In this document: piece by piece, positions 54,966 to 64,000 of the stretch | Layout: each line of letters opens with the position of its first letter | How positions within the stretch are numbered: position 1 is the stretch's first letter | Assembly (NCBI GenBank): GCA_015075515.1 | Contig: JABTUE010000002.1 | Coordinates: 533,478-597,477, forward strand | Source: Planctomycetota bacterium | GTDB lineage: Bacteria > Planctomycetota > UBA8742 > UBA2392 | Direction: 5' to 3' | Length of the DNA stretch: 64,000 bases | Program-made: the position numbers and the translations under genes | Notes under the pieces: model-generated | The model's database searches: none | What the model was told of the DNA's origin: nothing | What the model saw: the letters and a program-made list of their open reading frames with translations, nothing else

Positions 54966-56552
54966 ATGAACGATGTCCAAGCGGCAGAACGCGTACGGGG
55001 TCAAGAGACCGACGTTGCGGGCGTCGATGCCAAACAGCTTCCAGGTTCCAGCTTGCATGGCGATGGCAAGCGTCACCCTGTCGGCTTCAGCATGAGTGTT
55101 GTGGGCGTCAGGCGGACAGCAGGGGCAGGGGAGGGCTTGGTACCTGTGGAACTGGACGAAATCTCAGCCGAGGCGGTGGTCGGGGCTCTGGATGACGCCG
55201 GTCAATACGACGGCGGCGCGGTCATCCACATGTTCTCACCTCACTTGTTTGCCAAGCGGGTCTATGTGGGAACTTCCATGGTGGTGTGCCGCGTCGTCCG
55301 CCTCGATGGCGAGGGTCGAGAAACCGACCTCACCGACGTTGACGTGGACCGACTGAAGTCTGTCTTGCACGATGGGCAAAACTACCACATCGCGATGCCG
55401 GGGCGGCAGGAACTGATCGTGTTGCTGCTAATGAGCCGTCCGGTGCTGCCGCGCCAACAGCCCATCCATGACACCGGCCTCAAGGGCCTGTTCAACCGCG
55501 CCGCGCTTGGCGCCAGCGCACTCCTGGAAGGCGCCATCGCCGCGGCGGGCATGCAGATCGCAAGTGAAGCGGTCTTGCCCGCCTCCAACCGCCACGGAAC
55601 CCCGAGCTATGAGAAGGGTGAAGAAAATGGGCGCGGCTTCCGCAGGGCGCTGAACTTCAAGCGTGTCTCCGGGCTGGCGGCTGTCCCGGTTCTGGGGTTC
55701 CGGCAGGAGGTTCAAGTGCCTCTGGGTTCCAACATACAGGACGAGCGCTTTGGCCATCCGGCCTTTGTGTCCCGTCGCGCCCTGTACTCGCCGGAAGAGC
55801 TGGCGTCCTATGCGCCCGCGCCGGAAAACGCGCTGGACCAGGACGAGGCCACGTCATTTCTGGCTCGCCTGCGCTCCCCTCAGTACCGCACCGAGCTGAT
55901 GCAACGCTTTGCGGCTACACACGGGGAACTCGCCTCTTTCGGCGGTTTGGCGGCACGCCTGCAACCCGTGCCGGCGGAGGAGCTTGAGAAGGCGCTCGGG
56001 GACATGGCCGCATTCTCCGAGAACCTGGCGATGGTGAACAAGATGCGCACGGACGCCGGGCTGCCCCCGGTGGGTTACCGCAGCCAGCCCTTCGGCATGG
56101 CGCACTCCAACGACGAGGTCATCAGCGATCCCATCGAGCTGTTCCGTTTCAAGGCCAAGAGCATGTTCCTGGGCGGTGAGTTTCATGCCGCTCTGCTCAG
56201 CGGTGGTCCGCCCACCGAACTCGTGGTGCCCATGGACCAGCTCGGCTGGCGTCCGCTTGAAGGTGGACTTCTGCGTGGCGGCGTACCATGGGAAGCCAGC
56301 GGCCCCCGTGTGGCGTGGATCGAACCGGGCAAGGATCAACTGCTGCTCGATCTGCAGGCTGTGCTCCAGCATTTCCGCCAGACCGGGCTCAAGCGCTGTG
56401 TTGACCTCTGCGTCAGACCGGCGCACTTCGCGCAGTTGATGGCTGGCGCCGGTCTGCTTTCGGGAACAAGCACGTCCGCCACGACAAGATCCATCGAGTC
56501 AACTCCCCGCTCCGTGTACCGCCTGAAATTCAAGAGCTTCTTTCTTGGCTAG
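54966..56552 (+). CDS. Hypothetical protein
   Basis: 528-aa ORF starting at ATG 54966 with AGGAG RBS; no recognised motif. Confidence 0.4.
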   Translation: MNDVQAAERVRGQETDVAGVDAKQLPGSSLHGDGKRHPVGFSMSVVGVRRTAGAGEGLVPVELDEISAEAVVGALDDAGQYDGGAVIHMFSPHLFAKRVYVGTSMVVCRVVRLDGEGRETDLTDVDVDRLKSVLHDGQNYHIAMPGRQELIVLLLMSRPVLPRQQPIHDTGLKGLFNRAALGASALLEGAIAAAGMQIASEAVLPASNRHGTPSYEKGEENGRGFRRALNFKRVSGLAAVPVLGFRQEVQVPLGSNIQDERFGHPAFVSRRALYSPEELASYAPAPENALDQDEATSFLARLRSPQYRTELMQRFAATHGELASFGGLAARLQPVPAEELEKALGDMAAFSENLAMVNKMRTDAGLPPVGYRSQPFGMAHSNDEVISDPIELFRFKAKSMFLGGEFHAALLSGGPPTELVVPMDQLGWRPLEGGLLRGGVPWEASGPRVAWIEPGKDQLLLDLQAVLQHFRQTGLKRCVDLCVRPAHFAQLMAGAGLLSGTSTSATTRSIESTPRSVYRLKFKSFFLG

Positions 56553-56559
56553 GAGAGAC

Positions 56560-57546
56560 ATGGACATCCTCGACAAGAACCAAGGCTATGACGCGCTCTC
56601 CATTTGGGAGCTCGCCAAGTCCTTGTACAAAGTTCGGATCTTTCGAGGCCACGTCGCCAACGAGGCTGTCGTGGTGTGGCGGGTACCAGACAAGCACGAG
56701 TGCGCGGTCAGGGTGCAAGTGCAGGACCTGCCCCAGCTGGCGTGGCGCTTTGCGGTGATGCCCGGCGTGTGTCTCCCGGGGGGTGCCCAGATCGCGCCAC
56801 AATTCGATGATTGGCGTCCAGTGGTGCCTTCGCTGCACGAGCTAGCGCTGTTGCCGGTGGTCAGGCATATTGCCCGCGGCCTCTGCTGGCCAAGCGGCGG
56901 ATTGCAATGCGGCCCCGGCTATATCCCGGAAAAGCAGCTGCTCGTACTTGAGCCCGAAGTCGTAAAGACGAAGTTCGCTAACTCCGCGGCCGAACTCGCT
57001 GCCAGGCTGCCGTTTTCGAATGCAGTGGCGGCGCGGAAGTGGCTGGAATGGCTTGCGCTGGCGGTCCAAGTCCCGTCGCAGGCCCCACCCTTGGTTATTG
57101 CGGGCAGTGCGGTTGAACCCGTGAAGTCCATCGTGGCTGACGTGTCGAGCGCGCTGGTCGAGGGCAAACCGCCTTTCCGCCTCAACCGATCGGGTCAGAG
57201 CGACCGACGACTTCGTGTTCAGCTGGAGCTTGCCTACCGTAGTTGTCTACGTGTGGCCATACTGCACCAGCCCCAGTTCGGGGCGCATTTTGATCGAGTG
57301 CTTGAACTGCTGCTTCGCGGACGAACCAGCGGCAATCTGCACAGCCCCGAGGTACTTGTCCTGGTGGTGGGAAAGTCGTACTCGCCATCACCGTTGCTGG
57401 ACAGCGGGCAATGGCTGGAGGTGGAGACGCCGCATACTAAGCTCCGCCCGTCCATCACGCGACATGCCATGACCACCCGGCAACAAATCTTGCAGGAGAT
57501 CGTGGCTCAGCGCTTTGCGACCGCCCCGACTCGTGAGCGTGAGTGA
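56560..57546 (+). CDS. Hypothetical protein
   Basis: 328-aa ORF starting at ATG 56560 (AGGAGAG RBS), about 10 nt after the stop of the upstream gene. Confidence 0.4.
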   Translation: MDILDKNQGYDALSIWELAKSLYKVRIFRGHVANEAVVVWRVPDKHECAVRVQVQDLPQLAWRFAVMPGVCLPGGAQIAPQFDDWRPVVPSLHELALLPVVRHIARGLCWPSGGLQCGPGYIPEKQLLVLEPEVVKTKFANSAAELAARLPFSNAVAARKWLEWLALAVQVPSQAPPLVIAGSAVEPVKSIVADVSSALVEGKPPFRLNRSGQSDRRLRVQLELAYRSCLRVAILHQPQFGAHFDRVLELLLRGRTSGNLHSPEVLVLVVGKSYSPSPLLDSGQWLEVETPHTKLRPSITRHAMTTRQQILQEIVAQRFATAPTRERE

Positions 57547-58493
57547 AAAAAAGAATTTTCAGAAACAATTTGGCAGCTTTTTTGCCGTGGTGTAACGGTA
57601 GTTGTCTGTGGTGTAGGCTGGGCTGGCCAAGCTTGCGGTCTCGAACTTGACCAACTCGCTCAACTCGATTCCTAAGATCCTTGAGGTCTAGAGAATCGGC
57701 TACTAACGCCAAAACATCACAACAAAATAAGACTTCTGGTAATGCCAGAACAAACCAAGAATGTCCACGAGACGAGAAACCGTGTTGCACGGAAACACTA
57801 TCCTTACGAGGATAACCAAGCCGTATCAGCCACGTCCCCAGGGGACAGATACCCGTCGAGGAAAACTGTCAAGGCGACAGGACACCAGCCACCCGCTCCA
57901 GCGGGCTGAAGTTGGCGGAGTTGCTTCGCGGTCTGGCGAATCAGGAGTCGCGACCCAGATTCGTCCGGCCCGACGGCAGGCGCCGACTGGCTGAAGAACT
58001 ACGGTGGCGGGGTCGCAACCCGCCCCGAAATCTGAACACAACCAACCTGAACTGCGCAATCCCGGCCGTGGGGACGCCCGCGGCCGGGATGCACGTCTTC
58101 CAAAAACAGCTACGCTGCTGAAGTTGTCGCACCGCTTGCTATCATTGTGCCGCCAAGGGCTTGAACTGGAGTTCGAGCCAGGCAGATAACGCAAGAAATG
58201 CCGTTGGCTGGCCGGGTTCGACCAGCCAACGGTAAACGATGAACAGGGAGATTTGACGGGGCAGGCCGGCTTGGCTGCCCACGACAGAACGAGAGCGCAA
58301 ACAACTGTTTTCTGCGGCTCACACGAATCGGCCAAATTCACATACGACCGCAGATACGAGGCGCCCCGCTTGGGGCGGCCTGCGTGTCTGCTTCGTATAG
58401 GGCTCTTGGCCGAGCCCGTGTGAGGGCGGCGTGGGTCGTCCCTCCTTTCGTTTAGGGGATTGGCTGCCCACGCACTCTTGTGTGGGGACGGCC

Positions 58494-60203
58494 ATGAATC
58501 CGAACACCGAATACCAATCGCATCCAATCTACCGCACGGTCCGCCAGGCATCGTTGTGCTTGGCTGGACTGGTTTGCGTGTGGACTGCTTCTTGTGGCGG
58601 CTCCGCCGGCAACTCAAGCGGCGTGGCCAATGGCAGCGGCGAAGACCGTGGCGGAGCAAGCGGTGCATCTGGCCAAGGACAGGTTGCAGGGGCGTCGTTG
58701 AGGGCGGTTCTCGATGCCAAGAAACGCTACGACGAGCACTCCAAGGCCAATCCTGCACCCTTGACCGAGGAATGGAAGCTCTGGCAGCAGCGGCAGGAAG
58801 AGCTTTCCAAAGAGCTTTCAGCCGTCGCGGAACGGGAGTATCCAGAAATCTATGCCGCGATCCGGGGCCACCAGAAGGCCACCACGGTGTCCAAGGACAG
58901 GGTTGCGGCCGAGATGTTGCATCTGCCGTTTCGCATGCCGATCAAAGTTATTGACGTGGAGCCTGCCAAGTCATGGGCCAAACAGGCCATGTTTGGCGGG
59001 GCTGACATGAAGTACATGCTGAGGTTCTCGCTTGTCGGCAAAAGCGACGCGATTGGCCCCATGTTATTGCTCTACTGCGCGGTGCCGGAAAAGTTTGCAA
59101 CGGCATTGAAGAAAGACGAGATCATTGAACTGCGCGCCACGTTGCGCGCCATTGAGAGCGAGATTACGTACCAGTTTGCGTTCGAGACGCCGGAGGCGTT
59201 TCCCGTGCGCCAGCAGATCGCGGCTATCCGAAAGCAGCTGCGGGAGACCGACGACTCCAGGAAGGCTGCCTTGCTGGTCCGAGATGCTGGCGGACTCGGC
59301 CCTTTCGCGGCCTTCGACGCCTGCCTGTTATGGGAGGCATACCTCATTCAGCGGGTTGGCCTCGTGTTGGATGACAATCTGACAACGGAGGAGGCGCAAC
59401 CGCTCGCCCGACAGTTGATCGATATCGATATCCCGCTCATGACTGCCCGTAGCTTCGAGTTCCAGCAGATGGCCATTGTGTCGGATGAGTTTGGCCCGCT
59501 ACTCCTGATGTGTGTACTTTCCGCTATGGCGGAAGGGAAATTTGATCAGGCCAAGGCAGAAGATCTTGGCCACGCGCTCGGAGGGCTGTTGGCGCGCAGC
59601 GAAACCGTGTATCGCGACAGGGCCAGGCGCCACGACGACACGAAGTATGGGTTGTTCGGCGCAGTCCTCATCCCAGAGTCCGCGAACTACTCACGGGACG
59701 CGGTCTTGCAGACCGCAATCATCAGCGCCTTGGCAAAACTCCGCTCTGCCAAGGCAGTTCGGGGGCTTCAAGAGTTCATCGGTGCCAGGTGGCCCATGGA
59801 GACACTGCGCCTGCAAGCGGCGCTGGTCTTGGCGGTCACACCCGGCAACGAAGCTGCCCAGGCGTTGCAGGATCTTGGCGACCTCCAGCCGGTGGCGCTG
59901 GCCAGACGCGTCCAGAGCCTCAAGACCAAGTTCCCTCGCTGCCTCTTTGTCTTCCAACTGGACCGTGGCTCGTTGGCCGAAACGGCAGGACTCAAGGTCG
60001 GAGATGTGGTTCTTCGCTATGACGGACAGGCCGTGGACACCACAACGGCCTACGGCGAAGCACGCGAAGCCGCGGAGAACGCGGGGAAGAAGCAGGTTGC
60101 GCTCGTGGTCTGGCGGAACGGCGAAGAGAAGTCGCTGACCGTTCCGGTCGGCAAGTTGGGCTTCAACGTGTTTGACGTCGAGTTTCCCAAAGAAAACAAA
60201 TGA
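58494..60203 (+). CDS. Lipoprotein with HEAT-like repeats and C-terminal PDZ domain
   Basis: Lipobox LVCVWTASC; C-terminal GLKVGDVVLRYDGQAVDT...VALVVWRNGEEKSLTV is a PDZ fold signature; start at ATG 58494. Confidence 0.5.
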   Translation: MNPNTEYQSHPIYRTVRQASLCLAGLVCVWTASCGGSAGNSSGVANGSGEDRGGASGASGQGQVAGASLRAVLDAKKRYDEHSKANPAPLTEEWKLWQQRQEELSKELSAVAEREYPEIYAAIRGHQKATTVSKDRVAAEMLHLPFRMPIKVIDVEPAKSWAKQAMFGGADMKYMLRFSLVGKSDAIGPMLLLYCAVPEKFATALKKDEIIELRATLRAIESEITYQFAFETPEAFPVRQQIAAIRKQLRETDDSRKAALLVRDAGGLGPFAAFDACLLWEAYLIQRVGLVLDDNLTTEEAQPLARQLIDIDIPLMTARSFEFQQMAIVSDEFGPLLLMCVLSAMAEGKFDQAKAEDLGHALGGLLARSETVYRDRARRHDDTKYGLFGAVLIPESANYSRDAVLQTAIISALAKLRSAKAVRGLQEFIGARWPMETLRLQAALVLAVTPGNEAAQALQDLGDLQPVALARRVQSLKTKFPRCLFVFQLDRGSLAETAGLKVGDVVLRYDGQAVDTTTAYGEAREAAENAGKKQVALVVWRNGEEKSLTVPVGKLGFNVFDVEFPKENK

Positions 60204-61653
60204 TGAGGCCGCCGGTCGGCCGGGCTTGTTGCTTCATGGAAAGGGGGCAATCGTGGATATTGCAGCTGCATTGAATCACCTTCTGGCATCGCCGCACTTT
60301 GTTCGGTTCGAGACCGCGCTCCAGCAGGAGTCAATCTTTGACGTGCTCAAGATCAGCACGCGCGAAGTTTCCCATGCTTCGTTCCTGGCATGGTTGCTCG
60401 ATCCCCAAGGGGGTCACGACGCCGGCGAGAAGCCCCTGAGGCTGTTCCTCATGCGCGCGGCCGCAGCCAAGGCCTCCGAGAGCATCACTCCTGTCGTCAT
60501 TGACGCGGTGGACCTCAGTACGGCGACCGTTTACTGCGAGTATCAGGTCACCAAGGACAAGAGTGAAAAGGGCAGGCTCGACATCGTGGTGGACCTGCCG
60601 CGCGAGGGGAAGGAGATCAACCCACTGCTGGTGTTCGAGCATAAGGTGTTCGCGGAACAGAGCGGTACCCAGACCGACGTGTATGTGGGCTGGGCCAAAG
60701 AGAACAAGTTCTCACAGCCACCGGTTCTCGATGGCGAGCACATGCCCTTAATGGTGTATGTCGCCCCGGCGGCCCCGGAACAGCCTCCCGCAAAGCCTTT
60801 CGTGGTGTTTGACTACGATCAGCTGTCGCAGTGGCTCGATGACGTGCTTGCCAACACCGGAATCAACCGGCATGGGCGGTTCCTCGTCAACGAGTACAAG
60901 GCTTGCCTGAGCCAGCTTGAGCTTTTCGGCAATCCTGCCGCTCAGTTGGCCCAGACTGCACTGACCAGCGAACCAGAATGCCATCGGGCCATTGAAGTGC
61001 TTCGCGCGGGAGGCGAGGGGCTGCGGCGCTTTGACCACCATGTGGCCCGCCACGCCAAGGCCTTTGCCAAGCTGGGCATCGAGACCAAGCGGGTCAAGTC
61101 CAAGGGCGCATCGGCCACGGTCTCTGAGCTTCGCAGCCGTGTTGAAGGGGTGTTCAAGGGGTCAAGCTGGCAGCTTTCGGGTTCCACGGGGTCGCTGGCA
61201 GTTGACACATCGGTCTTTACTTCATGTTTCAAGGCAGGCGTGGCCAACGGGGGTTTCGAGAAATACGGGTGGCCCTACATGCGATTCTACTTCGCCCGAC
61301 CGGAAAACGGCGAGGCCAGCGTCGAGTTCTACGTGGGCGTTGTTTACGGCGACAAAGAGGCGCGCGAGAAGACCAAGGCGCGTGTGTTGAGGGCGGCCGA
61401 AGCTCTGCGCGGCGCCATCGACAAGGCCGGTCTGGACTACGCCAAAGGTCGAAAGGGCAACAAGATCGCCATCTGCAAGCTCAGCATGCCCACCATCAAG
61501 AACGCTGCCGATGACATTCCGGAGCTTCTCGCCAAGCACAAGTCGGAAATCGACAAGGCCGCGGCGTTCTTCCAAAGCTTGCGTCCAATCGTTGACCACT
61601 GGCTGGCCGAAGAGTTCCCCATGGCTATGGCGGACTGGAAGCCGGAAGCATAG
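60172..61653 (+). CDS. PD-(D/E)XK nuclease-superfamily-like protein; start uncertain
   Basis: GRLDIVVD...LLVFEHKVFAE gives the D...(D/E)xK arrangement after an FDVLKISTREVSHASFLAWLLDP N-terminal block; first 32 nt overlap the upstream gene. Confidence 0.45.
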   Translation: MTSSFPKKTNDEAAGRPGLLLHGKGAIVDIAAALNHLLASPHFVRFETALQQESIFDVLKISTREVSHASFLAWLLDPQGGHDAGEKPLRLFLMRAAAAKASESITPVVIDAVDLSTATVYCEYQVTKDKSEKGRLDIVVDLPREGKEINPLLVFEHKVFAEQSGTQTDVYVGWAKENKFSQPPVLDGEHMPLMVYVAPAAPEQPPAKPFVVFDYDQLSQWLDDVLANTGINRHGRFLVNEYKACLSQLELFGNPAAQLAQTALTSEPECHRAIEVLRAGGEGLRRFDHHVARHAKAFAKLGIETKRVKSKGASATVSELRSRVEGVFKGSSWQLSGSTGSLAVDTSVFTSCFKAGVANGGFEKYGWPYMRFYFARPENGEASVEFYVGVVYGDKEAREKTKARVLRAAEALRGAIDKAGLDYAKGRKGNKIAICKLSMPTIKNAADDIPELLAKHKSEIDKAAAFFQSLRPIVDHWLAEEFPMAMADWKPEA

Positions 61654-64000
61654 GCTCTGTGATGCAGTGCTGAGACCGCACATCCTCGTTCGGGCGCGTC
61701 ATGGGTGGCTTTGCCAGAATGCTGCGAATGACGTCATCCTTGCGCGCCCGGACTTCCGGTGTTCGCGGCGTTGTACGCTGATGGTAGTACAAGTACTCGG
61801 GCAGGTAGAGTGGTTTGCGTGCAAGTTCGACCATCGGAATCATGGTTGCGTAGTCAGTGCACTCCTCGATCCACTTACCGCCGACCTGAAATGCCTCGCG
61901 CGGCACTCGGTCAAAAAGCCTCTTTTGGAAAGCTCGCAGGTGAATCCACACTTCGCCTCCCCATTTGCGCCGTGGGTCAACGAAGTTCGGATGGTAGAGC
62001 TTGAGCGGTTTGTCCGGCCGAAACATCGCCCCAAGTATCAAGTCGTGGCCATCGCCTTGTGCTGCGCGAAGGCGACTGATAGCGCGCGGAGAAATGAGCG
62101 CATCATCCATGTCCACGATCACCACCAGCGTCTCTGGATCAATGCAGATGGATGACACGCCTGTAATGAAGTTCGGGATCCGTCCATGGGGTCTGGAATT
62201 CCGCATCAGTGTAAGGCGGCTTTCCAGTGGCTTCAGGACGTGCGGCAGCAGAGTCGAGTCGTCAGATGCGTCATCAATCACGATCAGGCCGAATGCTTGG
62301 TCGTCTTGCATAAGCATGCTTGCCGCGAAGCGGCGCACGCTGTCAGGTGGCGTGTTCCGGCCCTTGGCTAGGACGACGATTGGCTCAACCCGCCGAGCGT
62401 ATTCCCAATCTTCAGGCGTTCCTTCCAGATCCCACCGGCCATGCTGCACCACAGGTACTCGTCCTTGACCGGCCAAGTCGCGTACGCGCTCCAATGCACT
62501 GGTCTTGGTCTTCCAGCTATTGGGGGGATGAATGTAGAAAGTTCGTGGATCGCCACCCCTCAACGTTCTTTTGCCTTGGAGTGCCTGACACTTCTGAACG
62601 GAACGGTACCACGAAAGTGCCAAGCGACCATCTTGCTCGTAATTTGGAAGCGGGCGGCATTCCTTCAGGCGAGCCAAATCCAGCAAGCCGCACCTGACCT
62701 CGGGGACGTACTCACCTGGTGGTGCAGCATATGTACTTGCGCTCGATACCGGCTCGTGGGCAATGTTGAAAGCGACCCCCAGAACATCATCCGCCTTCAC
62801 GGCCTGGAGCATTTCGGATAAGTAATCGTGCCTGAGGTCGCGTCGACCGATGATCACGTCAACGTCGCACTGGAGTACGTAGCGGGTGCCTATCTGTTCA
62901 AACGCCCAGAGTTGGGGCGCAACTGGAACGGTGACATTGGAGTGGCTGTGCACGCATCCGATCCCGAACCAGCGCTCGTTGATCTCAGCAATCGCTTCTG
63001 ACGCTTCGGGGGCGATCACAATCCTGTTGACGACTCTACTCTCCAGAAGCGCTTCTGCCTCCCGCATCAGGCGTGGATAATCACCCGGCGAGTACTGTCG
63101 AAGAAATGGACCACGAAACGGATCAACGGCCAATACAACCTCGGCGAAGCTGCGCGGCAAGCTCAGTTGCCTGACGATATGACGCACTTGATCGGCGACG
63201 ATTCCCGCATCCATCGCGCAGGCCTTGATCATCAGCGTGACGGCAGGTTCAGCTTGAACAAGCTCAGGCGCACTTGGCACCCAAGCTGCCTCCCAATTGC
63301 TGTTGGCCCAACCCCGGACCAGGTCGGCATAGAAGTCCTGAAACCCGGGGAGTTCAGCGGGGTTCGCCAGCACATCGCTACCCCGATCGCGTCGTGCCAG
63401 TTCGTCGTCGGCAAGGTTCAACGCACTAATTGCATAGAGTCTGGCAGCGGAGTCCATGAACACGTCAACATTCATCGGCAGTATTGATGTTCCGATGTCG
63501 ATGTACACGAGGCGGGAGTTGACGATTCTGAAGTTTGTGCGCTTGATGTTCGCGCAGACGATGCCGGCATCAAGGCAGGCGCGAAGGAAGTCAAGTGCCT
63601 GCTGGGTCGTAATGCGCGCGGCTTCTTCGGATGGGTCCCACGGATATGTACATCTCCAAGACTTGCCATCTTGGTGCCACTCCGGTGTCGGCGCGACCTT
63701 CTGCCCTGCGCCTAGAGCGTGCTGCAGCCAGTCCACAGTGGGTACGGTGAGGGTTCCTTCGTAGAAGATCTTTTCCACTTGGTCGCCGACTCGGTACACA
63801 ACTCCTTCCTGTCCAGCGCCCAACAGGAGTTTCTGCGAGCTGGTGTGAACCCAGCAACGCGCAGCTACTGCCAGCTTGCGTCTAGACTTGCCATACTCGC
63901 CGTCTGAAAGTGCGTATTGGGTGACTTCGCCGGACAATGAGTAATCGCAGTAATACGGCTCGCACATGACTGTGCCGATGCGGGGGTGCTGAAGTAGCAA
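61625..64000 (-). CDS. Partial (N-terminus beyond window) multidomain protein: protein-kinase-like domain fused to glycosyltransferase family-2-like domain(s)
   Basis: Kinase-like catalytic-loop and DFG-like motifs (IVCANIKRTNFRIVNSRLVYIDIG) and glycosyltransferase-like DxD motif (LVVIVDMDDALISP); ORF runs to window edge. Confidence 0.45.
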   Translation of the reverse strand: MLLQHPRIGTVMCEPYYCDYSLSGEVTQYALSDGEYGKSRRKLAVAARCWVHTSSQKLLLGAGQEGVVYRVGDQVEKIFYEGTLTVPTVDWLQHALGAGQKVAPTPEWHQDGKSWRCTYPWDPSEEAARITTQQALDFLRACLDAGIVCANIKRTNFRIVNSRLVYIDIGTSILPMNVDVFMDSAARLYAISALNLADDELARRDRGSDVLANPAELPGFQDFYADLVRGWANSNWEAAWVPSAPELVQAEPAVTLMIKACAMDAGIVADQVRHIVRQLSLPRSFAEVVLAVDPFRGPFLRQYSPGDYPRLMREAEALLESRVVNRIVIAPEASEAIAEINERWFGIGCVHSHSNVTVPVAPQLWAFEQIGTRYVLQCDVDVIIGRRDLRHDYLSEMLQAVKADDVLGVAFNIAHEPVSSASTYAAPPGEYVPEVRCGLLDLARLKECRPLPNYEQDGRLALSWYRSVQKCQALQGKRTLRGGDPRTFYIHPPNSWKTKTSALERVRDLAGQGRVPVVQHGRWDLEGTPEDWEYARRVEPIVVLAKGRNTPPDSVRRFAASMLMQDDQAFGLIVIDDASDDSTLLPHVLKPLESRLTLMRNSRPHGRIPNFITGVSSICIDPETLVVIVDMDDALISPRAISRLRAAQGDGHDLILGAMFRPDKPLKLYHPNFVDPRRKWGGEVWIHLRAFQKRLFDRVPREAFQVGGKWIEECTDYATMIPMVELARKPLYLPEYLYYHQRTTPRTPEVRARKDDVIRSILAKPPMTRPNEDVRSQHCITEPMLPASSPP

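Noticed and set aside
57590-57670. Possible tRNA (GTGGTGTAACGGTAG D-arm-like and GGTCTCGAAC T-loop-like strings)
   Set aside because: Could not assemble a consistent cloverleaf (no complementary acceptor or anticodon stems) on either strand; left for tRNAscan-SE.
1-64000. CRISPR arrays, cas genes, rRNA genes
   Set aside because: No regularly spaced direct repeats with unique spacers and no rRNA-like conserved stretches were seen; the only tandem repeats are 3 x 11 bp at 49864-49896 and short coding microsatellites.

Overview
High-GC (roughly 65-70%) bacterial chromosome segment, gene content consistent with a Gram-negative, possibly Myxococcota-like, organism. The first ~20 kb is ordinary core genome: a TPR protein, moaA, a DapA-family lyase, a class III nucleotidyl cyclase, HAD hydrolases, tRNA-Thr, an MMPL/RND exporter divergent from an NAD-dependent epimerase (HpnN/HpnA-like), an unusually long TatC, KdsC-like phosphatase, PIG-L deacetylase, a CarF/TMEM189-like desaturase and tRNA-Val. 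Immediately 3' of tRNA-Val begins a ~37 kb accessory region (about 20.35-57.5 kb) of mosaic composition. It contains a frameshifted rep-like gene, a chimeric truncated DDE transposase, a DUF932-like gene and a Cus/Czc-type heavy-metal RND efflux operon (OMF, YHS protein, adaptor, pump). These are followed by a GHKL-ATPase gene whose overlapping small partner ORF has its 3' end inside an IS630-family element (TA duplication, A6 frameshift site), then a low-GC orphan ORF and an IS5/IS427-group element with perfect 20-bp inverted repeats. Next comes a tightly overlapping minus-strand operon: SNF2 helicase with a DUF3883-like tail, a frameshifted OLD/PARIS-like ABC-ATPase plus TOPRIM gene, a DUF1156-like N6-adenine methyltransferase, a DUF3780-like protein and a DUF499-like ATPase. 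This resembles a recurrent but experimentally uncharacterised predicted defence cassette, here with an embedded OLD-like module. The region ends with a membrane-anchored XRE regulator with an upstream operator palindrome, a 48-aa tail-anchored peptide, a tRNA-like 3' fragment, triplicated 11-bp repeats, a tyrosine integrase, an excisionase-like HTH and a P4-type primase C-terminal/P-loop protein. After a ~0.9 kb noncoding stretch the window ends with a PDZ/HEAT lipoprotein, a PD-(D/E)XK-like protein and a partial kinase-glycosyltransferase fusion. No CRISPR array or rRNA was seen. All domain calls are from reading the translations; no database search was run.
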